Both the position numbers and the translations under genes were made by a program. This document shows positions 35,601-48,900 of a stretch of DNA of 64,000 bases, one piece after another; position 1 is the stretch's first letter; each line of letters opens with the position of its first letter. The notes under the pieces are model-generated. The model made no database searches. It had not been told where the DNA came from and saw nothing but the letters and a program-made list of their open reading frames with translations. Source of the DNA: Nitrospirales bacterium (GTDB taxonomy: Bacteria > Nitrospirota > Nitrospiria > Nitrospirales > UBA8639); assembly GCA_965203295.1 (NCBI GenBank), contig CBDBCZ010000018.1:1024001-1088000 (forward strand), given 5' to 3'.

Positions 35601-38600
35601 AGGAGTTATTTACTGTTCACCAACTCTCACCCACAACCATCAATAAAACAGCATTCAGGGGAGGGTTGAACTACTTCTCCTGTTTATTGGGAAGGAAGTA
35701 GGACTAGTGAACTAGTTTTGAGTTCGCTTCCACCTATCAGGGGGGTGTGACCTTCTATAAGCTAACGAAATCGTACCGAAAAGGAGTTACTTACTGTTCA
35801 CCAACTCTCACCCACAACCATCAATACAACAGCATTCAGGGGAGGGTTGAACTACTTCTCCTGTTTATTGGGATGGAGGTAGGACTAGTGAACTAGTTTT
35901 GAGTTTACTTCCACCTATCAGGGGGGTGTGACCTTCGATAAGCTAACGAAATTGTATCGAAAAGGAGTTATTGTCATGACTGTTCACCCACTCACACCCT
36001 AACCCAGCATTCAGGAGAGACTAATCCTGTTTATTGGGATGGAGGTAGGACTTGGTCTAGTAAACTAGTTTGTATTAGACACCTTATCAGTCGAGCTATC
36101 AATTAACATCGAAGCTGTATCGAAAAAGAGATATTGAAAGTGCACCCACTTTCATCTTCAACCATCAGCATTCAGGGGAGGATTGAAACACTAGTCCTGG
36201 TTATTTGGATGGAGGTAGGACTATACGCTAGTGAACTGCTTTTTAATAGTAGACTTCAAGGGTACGTTAAATGTGGTAACAAAATTGTATTGAATGGGAG
36301 TTATTAAATATTTACCCACTCTCACCCACAATTATTATAAGTACAACAGCTAAGTCGAAGGCAAGTAATGCATCCCTACTGGAAATTTCTTAAGGTCCTG
36401 CCTGGGAAACTTGCAGTAAGAGATGGCAAAGTACAGTATTGTATGATGTAATGTTGACCCTTTGAAAAGAGAATGCATACGTGCTATTGTCACCTGTAGT
36501 TGGAATGTAGTCTGGTGTGAATTTCTCAAAAATTGACAAAGTTACTGCTACCACTCATTGCTAGCTGCAGTTAAGTTATAGTTACTATTGCTTAACATTG
36601 ACAAGTCCTGCTGGAATTGTTTCAAGAGCTTTCCCACAAGTGTTTGAGCCATCACCAACCAAGATGACCTACTAAAGGTAAGTGAAACTGAGATAGCTAT
36701 AACACATATTTATGTACAGTACATGTAACTGCAAAGCAAAGTACTATGAAACATTTGTTCCATACAGGTCAGCAAAAAAAGCTGTTTGCAGAAACTATAC
36801 CGTGATGGAAGAACTGGAAAGGAAGAGCTGTGGCCTCTCTCCCCTAACTGTGTCGGTGATACATAATCTAGCTAGCTTACAATAGCATCTCTGGGGAGGA
36901 TTAAACTACACTAATCCTGTATACTGTAGAGGTACGTGTAGGACTGGTTTCACACAGACTAGCTATGGTTTTGAGGAGACTTTATTTCACCTAGTTGGGG
37001 GGGGGGGGTAAGCTTCACCCAATTGTACTGAACAGGAGTTATTGAATGTTCACTTACTCTCACCCTTGCAGTACTTTGCACTCAATGCTGTGTGACCACG
37101 TTCAAGAATGTGGTTGACTTTATGCCGGGTGTACTTCCACTATTGATCATTTTGTCCATGCATGCATAGCACTAAGTCTGCATGCTGTTATGTGCATACA
37201 TTCTACATTGTTCTATGCAGGAAATTTGTGATCTCTAAGTAGATGCTGCTGAGTTACAGCAGCCACAACCATGCACTGCTGGTGGCTGAAGGAACTCTCA
37301 CAAGCCATGCCGTTTCATTGTGGCAGAAGGAACTTCAATCTTACAAGCGCAAGTAAAGAATGCATGAAGTCGCGAACTACTACACTGCAAAAACAAAAGG
37401 GTCACTTTAATCCAGCTGGGAGTATCTCAGTTGCAAGTTCACTACCAAAAAATGTGCATACAGGCAGATCAATTACATTATTTGCCCAACATAATACCTT
37501 TATGGCTCCTATAATTAAGGAAATATGCACTGCAAAACCTAAAAGGTTGCTTTAAACCAGCTAGGGATATCTCAGTTGCAGTGTACATGTACAAAACAAT
37601 GTAAACAAGTGGATCACTTTACCACCCTATTTAGGCTCCAATTTCTAAAGGAAGGAAAGACCATTAGCAACGCATATTTTGTACCAATCCATTTCTATCC
37701 CATGCACCTGCGAAAGCACACGAGTAGTGGGGCTGGTAGTGGGGCTGCAACTGAGGTAACCTTATGTGGGTGTGGGTTAAAACCAACCATTTATTTTTGC
37801 AGTGATATAGTGTTTTTTGTATTTCAATAACCTGAACATTGATATTATGATGTATTGTACAATTTTATTGTCACCAATTAAATTTGTATTGCGTTTATTC
37901 CACAATGGCTACTTGTGAGTGTTTTATTATTATGGGAGTGCAGAAATACACCTGAACTCTGGGGGTGCATGTTTAACACTGCATGAGGGTGGTATACCAC
38001 CATTTAAGGTGTAACATACCACCGTTTAGGGTGTAACAAACCACCGTTTAAATTGTAACATAGAACCCATGGGGAGCTTGGTGTTCACGGCGACTATAGC
38101 GCCCCTAAAGGTGTTTGATTAACACCCCTTTTTTAACAGTGTAGTCAGGGAACTCCTATTAAGTACTGCTATATAAGTAGAAAAGCTGTGAATGCTAGTG
38201 TTGTAGTGTAGCTATGTAGATTATTGGGAAAAGCAAAGTTACAGCAGTGAATTGAAATGTTAGATTTGGGGCTATCACAATTTTGACCCTTCCGCTCAAT
38301 GACATACATCTATATGAATTATTATGTAATAATGTTTTTTGGTACACTTTCCAAAATAATTTTTAAAATTAGTAGTTGCATGACATTGTGCTCTTTGTGG
38401 ACAATGGATGTTTCATACCACAACTGCAATATTAGATGATGCATACTGTTACTATAGTATGTTAATATACCTTCTGAGTCTTCAATCACAACTCGAATTG
38501 TGGGAATTGCAAATGTATTGGGGGCTGCAGCATTCAGTGCAGCAACTGCAGCACCATTGGCACCTGTCAGAGTCAGTGTGAAATCTTCAGGTCGCTCCAA

Positions 38601-41271
38601 TGCTATTCTGTCAACTCGAATGAGGGTCTGAATGCTGGCTGGTACAGTAGCATCATCTATTGTAACACTCCTTGAACCAAATGGAACTGTGAAGTCAGCG
38701 TTGGCACCCTCAACTGCAATGGATATAGGTTGAAGCATTTAGCTACTGTATCCATTATATACAAGTCATGCCTATGTAGATTCACAGTAGTTTTTGTAGT
38801 CTAAAATTGCTAATTAAGGAAAGAAGGAAAGTGGTTAAGTGGCTGCGATGGGAGCCAAATAGACTGTATGAGTGAAACCATGCACGTAGAAGTAGGCAGA
38901 GGAAGACTCGGAGGGACGTAATTATTCCTCTGCCTATAGTATACCTCAATGTGTTTTCACTGCCCACTCATTATCTCACCACTAATTAGGTGCACTCTTA
39001 GCTATCCTCCTACCTCTTAAGGACCCTAACCCCATACTCCCCTTATACTGCTTCACTGTATGTTTTAGAAAAGTAACAAAGTACTTTGATTATTGATCCT
39101 TGATTCACATCCTTTCTTCGTAGCTTACATCCTTATTAAGCCTAACCTACTCCCCCTCTCCTCTCTCAGGGCCGTCGGAAGCGGGGCGGCAGGGGCGGCT
39201 CAGGCCGCCCCACTTTTCATGCCAATTTTTTTTTTCGTAGGCGTTTCAACTTTCGCGTGCCACGGCGCCACGCCCCACTCGCGCGCATCGTGGTCGTGAG
39301 GCGTGGCCCGCGGGGCCGCGACACTATGAGCTGGCTGTATGCTTGATCTCGGCCTGTATGGAGATTTTTTTACGTGATTTTAGTGCATGACCTTCAATGT
39401 AACGAGATGCTGCGAGAGCAGCTTCTTTACCGCCGTAAAAATAAGTCGCAAAATTTTTTCGCGCTTCGCGCGCCACACTCGGCCGCTGCGCGGCCTCTGA
39501 CATCACGACCGATGGCCGCTCCACCCTTCGAGAGCTTCCGACGGGCCTGTCTCTGAAACTGATTACTCTCTGAGAACCTTGTCTAGCAAAGGTTCCGCAA
39601 ATTGCTGTATGCTGTATAGTGAGCGTTTTTCTGCAGTACATGTACCACATGGCAAAACATGATACACTATTAATTTATACATGTACATGCGAATGGCGGA
39701 AAGACAGAATAGGCCGTGTTGCTTCTCCTACATGTGGAATTGCTGTGCATTGTTGCATTAGCCAGCTGAATCAGCCTTGTATACATCCAAGCTGAACAAC
39801 CATAAATTGGATGACTGTACATTCACTCACTTGCTGTTCCTGATGTTGCTGTGCTAATGAAACGTAATTCTCCTCTTGTATCCTGCTGCAGAAATTGTTC
39901 AAAAAGTGCTCCTTTAATAAACCCTGCTTCCAGTATAGTAATATCACCACGCTCTTCAACTGAAATGTCAGACCCATCCAGCCATCCAAACACTGCCATG
40001 ACAGAGACATACAAGTGAGAGTGCATCGTATAGTGTGCTAAATAGCAAGCCAGTGTAATCATAGGTGGCAAACAGAGGGTGGGTACATACATGTCACAAT
40101 ATTTTGATACTCTCCAGAATTTCTCCATGTAGCTATGCAGACTGCAGTAGTCTAGGTTAGCTACGAGTGTAGGGAGGGTCTGGGGCTACTTTTAAAATTC
40201 AGCAGGTGTCACTAAACTATAGCTACTTTGAGTTCAGAGAAAACACAAGCAGCCAAATGGTAGCTACATGTGTGGTTTTGGTTGGGTGGATTGGTATTCT
40301 GCTTCGAATGTATTCCAAGAAATCTACTAATGCAATGTTGCCACATTTCAAGGCTCTGTGTCTGGGCTGCACTAGTCATGTATGCATGTGCACTGCTTTG
40401 TCCATGATCACACGCAGGGTCTCATCTCCCCCCCCCCCCCCCCCCCCCCCCCTGCTTATTGGGAGCTGTCTCCTCCCATCATTAGATTATATTGCAAAGT
40501 GTAGATATAAAAGCTGCTCCAACATTCAGTCATACCTGTTTTAGTGCTAGTTCATTCGAATATATAATGGTATCCAATCATTCGCTACTTACAAATGAAG
40601 GTCGCCATAATTATTTAAGTGATTGCACTGAAAAAAAACTTCACATAACTACCCACTATTTCACCCACTGAGGACCATTATGTCAATTTATGTGGTAATC
40701 AGTATAAGATATTTAGCAGTGTGACACTGGCTATATAGTGACACTAACAGTAGAGTGTATTACATTACTGTACATGCATGCAACCGTCAGCAACTTGCCA
40801 ATGCAAGGTTGACAGGATTGGTCCCCAGATGTCTGCCTGTAAAACAGTCCATCAGATTGCACGCAACATTCCTCAATAAAACTAGGATCAGAGCTTTCAC
40901 ATCCCGTTGCAGTGGTAAGTGAGGATGCAGTGAAGCATTGGACCTGTTGTGTACTGACTAAAAGAAAGAGAAGAATTGTGATTATATTGTTTTGCTACAA
41001 AACCCACAAAAACTTTTCTCCTTAAGGGCTGGGTGACAGTTCTCCTTCATAAATACCACTCCATGCAAAGCAGACAAACTGTACCGTTTAAAATGTGCCT
41101 GAGTGAGCCTCACACTAGCGATGTCCAAGTCTGCCTCACTCACACAGTGAGTGTAGTCAGTAGCTAAATTAGCTTGCATGCTAACATTAACAGTACACAA
41201 GAGTCACCTTTTGTCACTAAGGCAGTGAGAAGGAAAGTTGCCAGCAAACCCACTGCACCAAGTAGCGACAT
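26474..41271 (-). CDS. Unit B: secreted Calx-beta/Sushi protein (signal peptide, 6-Cys module, 4 Calx-beta, 2 Sushi); no terminal exon found
   Basis: Exons 41208-41271 (MSLLGAVGLLATFLLTALVTK), 40799-40957, 39831-39992, 38471-38713, 31338-31553, 31069-31272, 28677-29090, 28458-28616, 28163-28393, 27228-27416, 26474-26656; all open, internal exons phase 1-1. Confidence 0.85.
27228..27416 (-). CDS. Sushi/CCP domain exon (189 nt)
   Basis: LCRDPAAIVNGIRTFTGNSVGDTTTYTCDPGFELIGTATITCTQVDDNNVEFSSVLPSCR. Confidence 0.85.
28163..29090 (-). CDS. Unit B Calx-beta exons 28677-29090 (414 nt), 28458-28616, 28163-28393
   Basis: Open paralogs of the 10512-11436 exons with the same splice positions. Confidence 0.87.
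29279..29552. mobile_element. Small palindromic insertion (Crypton-like, non-autonomous)
   Basis: Absent at the empty site ~11660 (GTGCTTAGTT); CTTA repeated at both ends; internal hairpin TTATCCCTCGGCTTCGCCTCGGGATAA. Confidence 0.6.
30016..30430. mobile_element. Left arm of the long-TIR element whose right arm is at 12470-12899
   Basis: GCCCGGCTG (30007-30015) precedes TAGTCTCGCGGGGCCA. Confidence 0.65.
31069..31553 (-). CDS. Unit B Calx-beta exon pair 31338-31553 (216 nt) + 31069-31272 (204 nt)
   Basis: First exon encodes the same peptide as 13823-14038; second has a 9-nt in-frame deletion relative to 13545-13757. Confidence 0.87.
32664..33108. mobile_element. MITE with 18-bp perfect TIR
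   Basis: CAGAGGAGGTTGGACACG...CGTGTCCAACCTCCTCTG; a second related end at ~33187; absent from the related sequence near 18030. Confidence 0.6.
35258..36335. repeat. Tandem array of ~181-bp units inside the CACTA-type element
   Basis: Units start near 35258, 35431, 35612, 35793, 35979 and 36140 and decay rightwards; another degenerate unit at ~36890-37070. Confidence 0.88.
37383..37804. mobile_element. Nested small CACTGCAAAA-terminated element(s)
   Basis: CACTGCAAAA at 37383 and 37528, TTTTGCAGTG ending 37804; same family as 57436-57747. Confidence 0.6.
38471..39992 (-). CDS. Unit B Calx-beta-like exon pair 39831-39992 + 38471-38713
   Basis: 1 and 2 amino-acid differences from 21947-22108 and 20989-21231. 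Confidence 0.8.
39167..39549. mobile_element. GC-rich hAT-like MITE with 5-bp TSD
   Basis: TCTCT|CAGGGCCGTCGGAAGC...GCTTCCGACGGGCCTG|TCTCT; empty site at ~21665 has one TCTCT. Confidence 0.82.
40799..41271 (-). CDS. Unit B signal-peptide exon 41208-41271 and 6-Cys module exon 40799-40957 (GC donor)
   Basis: MSLLGAVGLLATFLLTALVTK-V-STQQVQCFTASSLTTATGCESSDPSFIEECCVQSDGLFYRQTSGDQSCQPCI. Confidence 0.8.
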
Positions 41272-41463
41272 CCTACCGTCCTGCAATATTGCCCTATCAG
41301 TAGCTGGTGTTCAATTACAAAAGTGAACACACACAGAAAAGGCAGACTAAGTTCAACTGGATGTGGAATGTTAATATTGAGACATGCTGTTATGTACATG
41401 CAATGAATTCCTTATTTGTGCACAGGCATGCTGATACTCATGCATGCGGGGGGCATTGTTCAG

Positions 41464-41471
41464 TTTATATA
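41464..41471 (-). promoter_or_regulatory. Putative TATA box of unit B
   Basis: TATATAAA about 190 bp upstream of ATG 41271; conserved at 57344-57351; deleted in the unit C copy. Confidence 0.5.
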
Positions 41472-42032
41472 GGGCTAACAATAACCCAATTGAATGCACT
41501 GAATAAACTCATCCATCACCTGATTTTATGGTCTGAGCAAGAATGACAGAGTCATAGACATATATGGGCATACCTAAAATTTATACCTCATGACTTCTTA
41601 TCAAAATGAAATTGAAATATATAATATAACATTAATGGTATAGAATAAGCCACATGAGTGTGTGGAGTATGAGAATGGGAGTTAGGTACAAGCTGTTTTC
41701 AAGAATTTTTCTTTCTTTTTAAATTATCACTTGCTGGATTATGACATTCAACAGATGGAAAGAACAAAGTTAGAGGTATTTTTACACATTCTATTGCTTA
41801 ATATAGTGTTATTATTGCTAATGTTTGCAGTACTGAGACATCTAACAGTACAGTGCATGACAGGTAGTATGCAATTTACAGCATGCACGTGGACACATTC
41901 TGTACAAGCCTACAATATTATGGTAGTTCAAGGTGTGGTTACTTTAGCTACATGCACATATAATAAACAGCTTCTTATGAAGTTAGTCACACTAGTAGTG
42001 TTCTAAAGCATCACAGTTTGCAGCAGTGTCAC

Positions 42033-45000
42033 TCATCGAGGACACAGTCTGCCCGTCCGGAACCTGCGATAGCAGACATCAACGCAGTAGATGGCAAGAG
42101 GGTCATTTGATAACAGGAAGTTCTCGGGAACACCAGCTGCAGGGCAGTCTGTGTGTGATGTAATAGTCTAAGTCAAGGGCAGATAAACTAAATCAGAAAA
42201 TTTATACTTTCATCCAAAAAGTCGTTAATCTTATCTGCACAATGTTTGAAACAAGAACAACTAGTCTAAGAATTACATGTAAGGGACACAGTATATTATT
42301 ATGGCAATATAGTGACTTAATTGGCCTCATGATTATTATAAAAAAACTATTATTCAAAGATAAATTGCTAGATAGCTATAGGCTAATAACCGTGCCTACG
42401 AACTATATGACTAGCTGTGTGCATATATATGTAAGTCAAGGACAGATGTACTAAACAATAAAGTGTGATACTATCAGTCTTTGATCTTAACTGCACAATT
42501 TTTATAAACAAAAACAAGTACTCTGCGAATTAATGGGACACAGTGTATTGTTATGGTAATACAGTAACTGTGGCCTCATGATTATTACTATCATTCAAAT
42601 ATAAAATTGCTAGACAGCTAAATTGATAACAGTGCCTGCGAACTATATGACTAGCTATAATAAGAATCATGAACTCACGATCATCTGATGTTATAATTAT
42701 CCTTGTCTGGTTGCGTGTGATGGAGACAGGCACCTCAGAGAATGCTACGTCCAATCTGACAAAGAAATGCTCGTTTGTTTCCAGGAAGTCGTCATTTACA
42801 ATCTCAATTTCAGTAGTGTAGGTAGTCATGAGTGAGCTAAATGTCAAAGTCATGTCGACAGCATGATAGTCATTTGGAGCTACATGAGAAAGTAGAAAAT
42901 GAACACAACATTATAATTAGAATTCTTCACAATAAATGTCTGTGGAAATACTGATTTAGCCGGTATGGGATACCCAGATTTGGTTATAGTAGCAATTCCG
43001 TACTTAGTCTTTGTAAATTACTTACTTGTAGCCACTCCATCTACTGTGTACATCCGCACAGTGATTGTCGTTTCTAATCTACATGACAACACCTGCACTG
43101 TCACTGGTACACCTCCAGTGCCTTCACTTTCACGTTGATGAGCTTGAGTGAAGCCAATGGCAATGCCTGCACAGATAGAGAGTATCGAATATTCATGGTG
43201 TGTAATTGGAAATTGTATGAATAATCCATACCATCATTATCGACAATCATCACAGTTGCAGTAGAAATGTCTCCCAGCGCCACTGCTGTGTCTCCACTTC
43301 GAACACCAAGCTCAACACTAAAGCTTTCCATGCCCTCTGCTATGCTATCATCTATAATTTGGACTGTGAGGGTTTGCAGCTGTTGGTCACCACCAGGTGG
43401 GAGTGTTAATGTCTGAGTTAGAGCAGTAAAATCTCCAGCTGCATTTGAGAGTTGTACAATGGCGGGAAGCACTTTACAGATAAAATGCAGTCATACTATC
43501 TTACCAGTTGCACTCATCGGATTTACAGTGACAGTGACTTGCAGTGGAGTGACATTCTGTCCTGTCTTGTCAACAGTCAGTATCACCGTTCCAACAGCTT
43601 CACCTACAGTGTACTCAGGTTGAGTGAACTGCACAGTCACCACTGTAGGTGGAGATGGTTGTTGGGATTAACTATTGCTGTTGTAGCAGTAGTGTTACGT
43701 GCACATGATCTGCTATCGATGGTCGATCAAAAATAGAACAATGTATACAGCAGTTCTTAATAAGACACCTTTAAGAATGATGTTTATAATAGCATCTCAT
43801 GGTTCCAGTTATTATTTTCGTGATATAGGCTGATATAGGCTGGCTCTCGTCTCAAATTAGCACACATTCACAGCACTTGTACACTATACTCACACTTGGC
43901 AGTGTGGATAGGGCTAGATATATAAAATGCAGCAGGATTGTTTGTTTGGAATCTCAAAAGTGGTCACAGTTCTTTAGAGAGTGTGCATGACCCCCCGCCC
44001 CCCCTCCCCCCCCCCCCCCCCCCCCCCCCCCCACATACACACCCCTTCTTTTTCACCCTACTCTGACAGTTTTATAGTGCTGTTCGCTGTGGTACTACGT
44101 AGAAGCAGACTTTTTTTATTGTAAGTCTTTCTGGCCCCTTTTGACAGGATTTGTTTTTGTTTTTTTTTTGTTTTATTGCTTGTTGTTGTTTGTTCTTTTT
44201 GGTTCAGTGAAAATCTTATTCCAATATGATTCTCAGGAGCAAGTGCATGTAGCCACTTTGGTTACAGTACTTACGCCTGCAAAATGGTGGTGCTGGTGAA
44301 AATGCTGCAGAGTTCGCATTCACTAGTGTGCATGTTGTGGTTGCACCTCCGATCAACTCCAGTCCCGAATTACAGGTGTAGGTAGCAGTGTCACCAACGG
44401 AGAGGCCCGTGAATGTCACCATGCCGTTGACAATGCCTACTGGATTAGGACAGAGTGCTGCAAAAGGAAGATTCATGAAAACAATTCGCAGGAAACAAGC
44501 ACATAGCCCAAGGTATATAGCAAGATAGAACCCCTGCTCATGTTTGTGTACTTTTGGATAGGCAGCCAGTGATTACATATATATATATCACTTGCATGAT
44601 GTTGGACAGGTTTGTGCAGCATTTTGGGCAAGTTAGAGGGACAGACCATGATAAAAAGAAGGTCCATTGATATTAGATGGCCACTGATCTGATGAAAATG
44701 TATTGTACATACAGTTGCCAGTGAATGTCCTCATACCATTGAGAATGTCAACCGGATCAGGACACAGTGTTACACCGGAGGATAGATGCCAGATGAACAT
44801 GCAATCTCTATGTACACATTATACTGTAGCTATTCACTGCTAAGTGTAACGCTATATAAGGCTGGATGAGGCTGTGCATATAATTAGTGTTTGGCATAAA
44901 GGATGAGTCACAGAGAGGAAAAATGCACATCATTACCATCCCTGCAGCTGGGATTTTCCTGTGGATAGATTATTTTTCTTTAACCCTTTACCAACCATAA

Positions 45001-45999
45001 GAAACAGCTTAAAGAAGCAGAAAGGCCTGTACAAAGTATTAACGCCTAGTATTAAAACCTCCATATAAATTCATATGGGCTTATGGGAGCTCATGACGCA
45101 TATATGCGTCATTGGTTGGTAAAGAGTTAATATATCCATAAGGAGGACCTCAGGGTGCTTCCCTGCTATATAAATTCTGAATCCTAGCTGTAAGTTCACA
45201 GCGCATGTCTTAGTTGATTGATCCTAGCTGCCACAGGGGCAGCAGAAACTTAGGGATGCTTGTTATTATAGTTAGTGAGTATTGGGAGGTGGTGGTGGGG
45301 GGAGCCTTCCGTAAGCAGGTCATTACTAATTGTAATGCACATAGATTCAATTTACCGTCATGGATAAACACAACGGCTGTATCAGGATTGACCATCACAG
45401 TAGGGTTGTTACGATCTCGAACAAGTCTCACAGTAAAACTCTCCATAACCTCAAAGAAACTGTCATCAGCGATAGTGATTTCCACTGGGACCACTGTGGT
45501 GCCTCGATCAAACACTAGCTGTCTTGACAGTGAATTGAAATCAGGGCCTGAGAAAGAGAAGCAGAGGAGAGATATGTATGCAGGTTACGAGTTATATAAC
45601 CCAAGAATTACACTATATAGATCAATTGTATGACTGCTGTTAGCTAAAGCATAATGATATACACTTTGTACAAGTGATAGCTAAATTTCAAACCGAATTG
45701 CAACTAAAAAGATCATTAATAGTTGCCGACATCTTGACTGCAATGTTGTAGTCTTGTAGTCAGGGCACAGCAATGCAGTACAAAATGTCGAAGCGTCAGT
45801 AAGTATTGATGATTTACATAGCTACAGGGTTGGTGGAACTGAATTGATTCACCAGTGGCAGAGTCAGAGCTGCGAATTTCAGTTGAGAAGGTCACAGTCA
45901 CCCTCTGCTGAAGGTCTCCTAGTACACTCACATACACAGTTGCTACACGATCACTCTCCAGTGCAGTGTACTCGGTTTGGTTGAATCCAATTCTGGGAG
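42033..45999 (-). CDS. Gene A distal 3' block, intact exons: Calx-beta (45853-45999 + 45356-45547), Sushi (44275-44457), Calx-beta (43505-43642 + 43232-43438), Calx-beta (43026-43166 + 42679-42879), terminal exon (42033-42148)
   Basis: All open, phase 1-1; terminal exon encodes CPAAGVPENFLLSNDPLAIYCVDVCYRRFRTGRLCPR-stop. Confidence 0.8.
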
Positions 46000-48900
46000 C
46001 TTTATGGAAATGAAAACACCTACCCCTCATACTAAACACATTTTATATTAAACCAATTCAAGACATGTCAGTGAAATACTAGCTGTTCTATATACGAAAC
46101 TAGCACTCTAGCTAATCACGAAGAATGCAGTGATTTTTTTGCATATTCTGTAGGTGCATATATGGGTATAGCTACCACAATAGTGAAATGATTAGGGAAC
46201 CCCTCACAATCATTGTCCAGTATTTCCACAAAAGCCACATTTGGTTCAAGTCGAATGTTTGTAGGGAAGTTGACAATAAATGGATCTGGAACAACTTCTA
46301 TGCTGAAAAACTCCACTCCCTCTGGTACATCATCATCAATGATTTAAATGTCAATACACGTTCGACGAATGACACCAGTGATGAGATCAAAGAAGATATC
46401 ATTGTCAGCTTGAAGTACAGTATAGTCACCGGGATCTTCATGCATGGAGAAATGAGGGAAAATATAATTCAACTCTCAACTCAAACTCTTGAGACAACTC
46501 ACCAGCAGCAGTGCCTCAAATGGTGTTGGCAGCAAGACTCACTTCGAATCCTTCTGGAAATGCTACGTCATCATCGATGTTTAAGACACGGACACAAAAC
46601 TCTAGTGTAATCTGGCTATCTATTATTCTGGTGACATTTTGTTCAAATCCGATTATGAAATCTGTCATGTGAGAAAAGATTCAAGTACACAACTATACTG
46701 TAAAACAAAAATACTTGTGTTAAACCAGCTAGCATGATTTGTAGCTGCACTACCAAATTATGCAGGAATCCAATTGCCATGGGGATTTGGAATGAATACA
46801 CTCACTATTAATATCGTTTACAGTAATTGTAGTGATGACAGTTGAATCGTTGGGATGACCATAGGAGTACTCGGCTTTTGTTTCAAACCTTAAAAAGAAA
46901 GCACTATACTAATTGTTTATGGTATTTGGTATCAGGGATTAGTAAGAATAGCCTCGTACCCAGGAGAATCACGCGGATTCGAAGGTGAGGCTCTTCCTAC
47001 CTTAAGAATGAAAATGAAACATGCAATTTATAGATTACACTCAATGTAAGTATTCTACAGCACTGTCACATCTATACAGTGTACAACACAAACTATAAAA
47101 TTTAGAGTATGCACACAAAATAACTATTATAATTATGGTATATAGTTCGAAGTCTGGCTACATTACACGACACATTATAAACAGCTTCTTTATGAAGTTA
47201 GTCACACTATATAGTAGTGTTCTAAAGCATCACAGTTTGTGAGTGTCACTCATCGAGGACACAGTCTGCCCCTCCTGAACCTGCGGTAGCAGACATCAAT
47301 GCAGTAGATGGCAAGAGGGTCAGTTGACAGGAGAGGGTTCTCAGAGACTGGGACTCCAGCTGCAGGGCATTCTGTGTGCATAGAAGTCAATGTATTAATT
47401 AATTAAGCTAATTAATAGTAAAACAGAAATTACTAAAGCGATGAGGACACTATTCATCTTTGATGCAACCTGCTTTCTGCCTTGATCAACTGCGGATACT
47501 AAATCAGACTGGAGACACATGATGTGATGTTTGTTTTACTCTATAGTGATGTACCGTATTATGGCACAGTACATGTACTTGAAGCTTCGATCACACACAA
47601 ATTCCAATTCTACAAGAATGTTTTTCCGATGATGTATGTACTTAAATAGGTCATACATTGATAATCTCGAGCCATCAATGGAGGCTGCATGTACGTAATT
47701 TGGCCACATATCTTGCGACTGTATAATTTCAAAAATAATATCTAGGGTACTAAAAGTAATTTTGACAAACTGCTATACTTATGACTGTATAAGAATCATG
47801 CGTATGCATATCTGTAGTTTAAAATACTATTATTCAAAGACAAAATTGCCAGACAGCTAGGCAATGCCTGCAAACTGTAATAAGGATCATAAACTCACGA
47901 TCATCTGATGTAATAACTATCCTTGTCTGGTTGCGTATGATGGAGACAGGCACCTCAGAGGATGCTATCTCCAATCTGACAAAGAAATGCTCGTTTGTTT
48001 CCAGGAATTCGTCATTTACAATCTCAACTTCAGTAGTGTGTGTGGTTGCGAGTGAGCTAAATGTCAAATTCATGTCAACAGCACGATAGTCATCTGGAGC
48101 TACATGAGAAAGTACAAGAGATGAACAAATAACATTCACGTACCCATCTCTGGAAGTACTATTTTACCCAGTATGAGGAAACCAGATTTGATTAATGGCA
48201 GTTTTGTAGTTGCAACATACTTACCTTTAGCCACTCCATCTACTGTGTAGATCCGAATGGTGATTTCCGTTTCTAATCTGCCTGACACCACCTGTACTGT
48301 TACTGGTACACCTCCAGTGCCTTCACTTGCACGTTGCCGAGCTTGAGTGAAGCCAATGGCAACGGCTGCAAAGATAAAAACAAATCATAGAGCGTAATTG
48401 CAGTGATTTATTCCTACCATTGCTATCAACAATTGTTACAGTTGTAATAAAAATGTCTCCCAGTACAACATCTGTGTCTCCGCTTCGAACACTGGTCGCG
48501 AGCTCAACACCGCAGCCCTCCACACCCTCTGTTACACTGTCATTTATAACTTGGACTGTTAGAATTCGCAGCTGTTGGTCACCACCGGGTGGCAGTGTTA
48601 CTGTTCATTTGGAGCTCCGGAATCTTATCCAGCTGTATTTGAGAGACAAGTGTGAAGCACATAGCAGTAAGATCAAATTTCCTCACCAGTTGCATTCATT
48701 GATAGTAGATCGAGTACCTGCAATATGGAGTGATATTCTCTCCCTCTTGTTAGCAGTCAGTAGCTGCATTCCATCAGCTTCACCTACAGTGTCCTCAGGT
48801 TGAGTAAACTGGACAGTCATATCTGTATATAGGTGGAAATGGTTGTTAGGATGAACTATTCTGCAAATTACTGTGTGTATATACAGTACGTAGCTATTCA

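Larger units (their letters stand above)
34278..38141. mobile_element. Non-autonomous CACTA/EnSpm-type DNA transposon (~3.9 kb)
   Basis: TA|CACTGTTAAAAA...TTTTTAACAGTG|TA; empty site at ~20665 (ATACTTAGTCAG) has a single TA; subterminal GGTGTT/AACACC repeats. Confidence 0.85.
27905..41546. repeat. Segmental tandem duplication copy 2 (partner ~10250-23695)
   Basis: Collinear with copy 1; carries private insertions at 29279, 34278 and 39167. Confidence 0.92.

Noticed and set aside
35560..35880. Satellite unit read as a 138-nt exon plus 43-nt GT-AG intron on the + strand
   Set aside because: One unit has an in-frame TAA, another has GC in place of GT, and the peptide resembles nothing recognisable
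35258..36335. Regular repeats as a CRISPR array
   Set aside because: Units are ~181 bp and contiguous with no unique spacers; no cas genes; eukaryotic context
44713..44775. Sushi-like fragment (LCPDPVDILNGMRTFTGN)
   Set aside because: Only the 5' third remains, without usable splice sites; treated as a remnant
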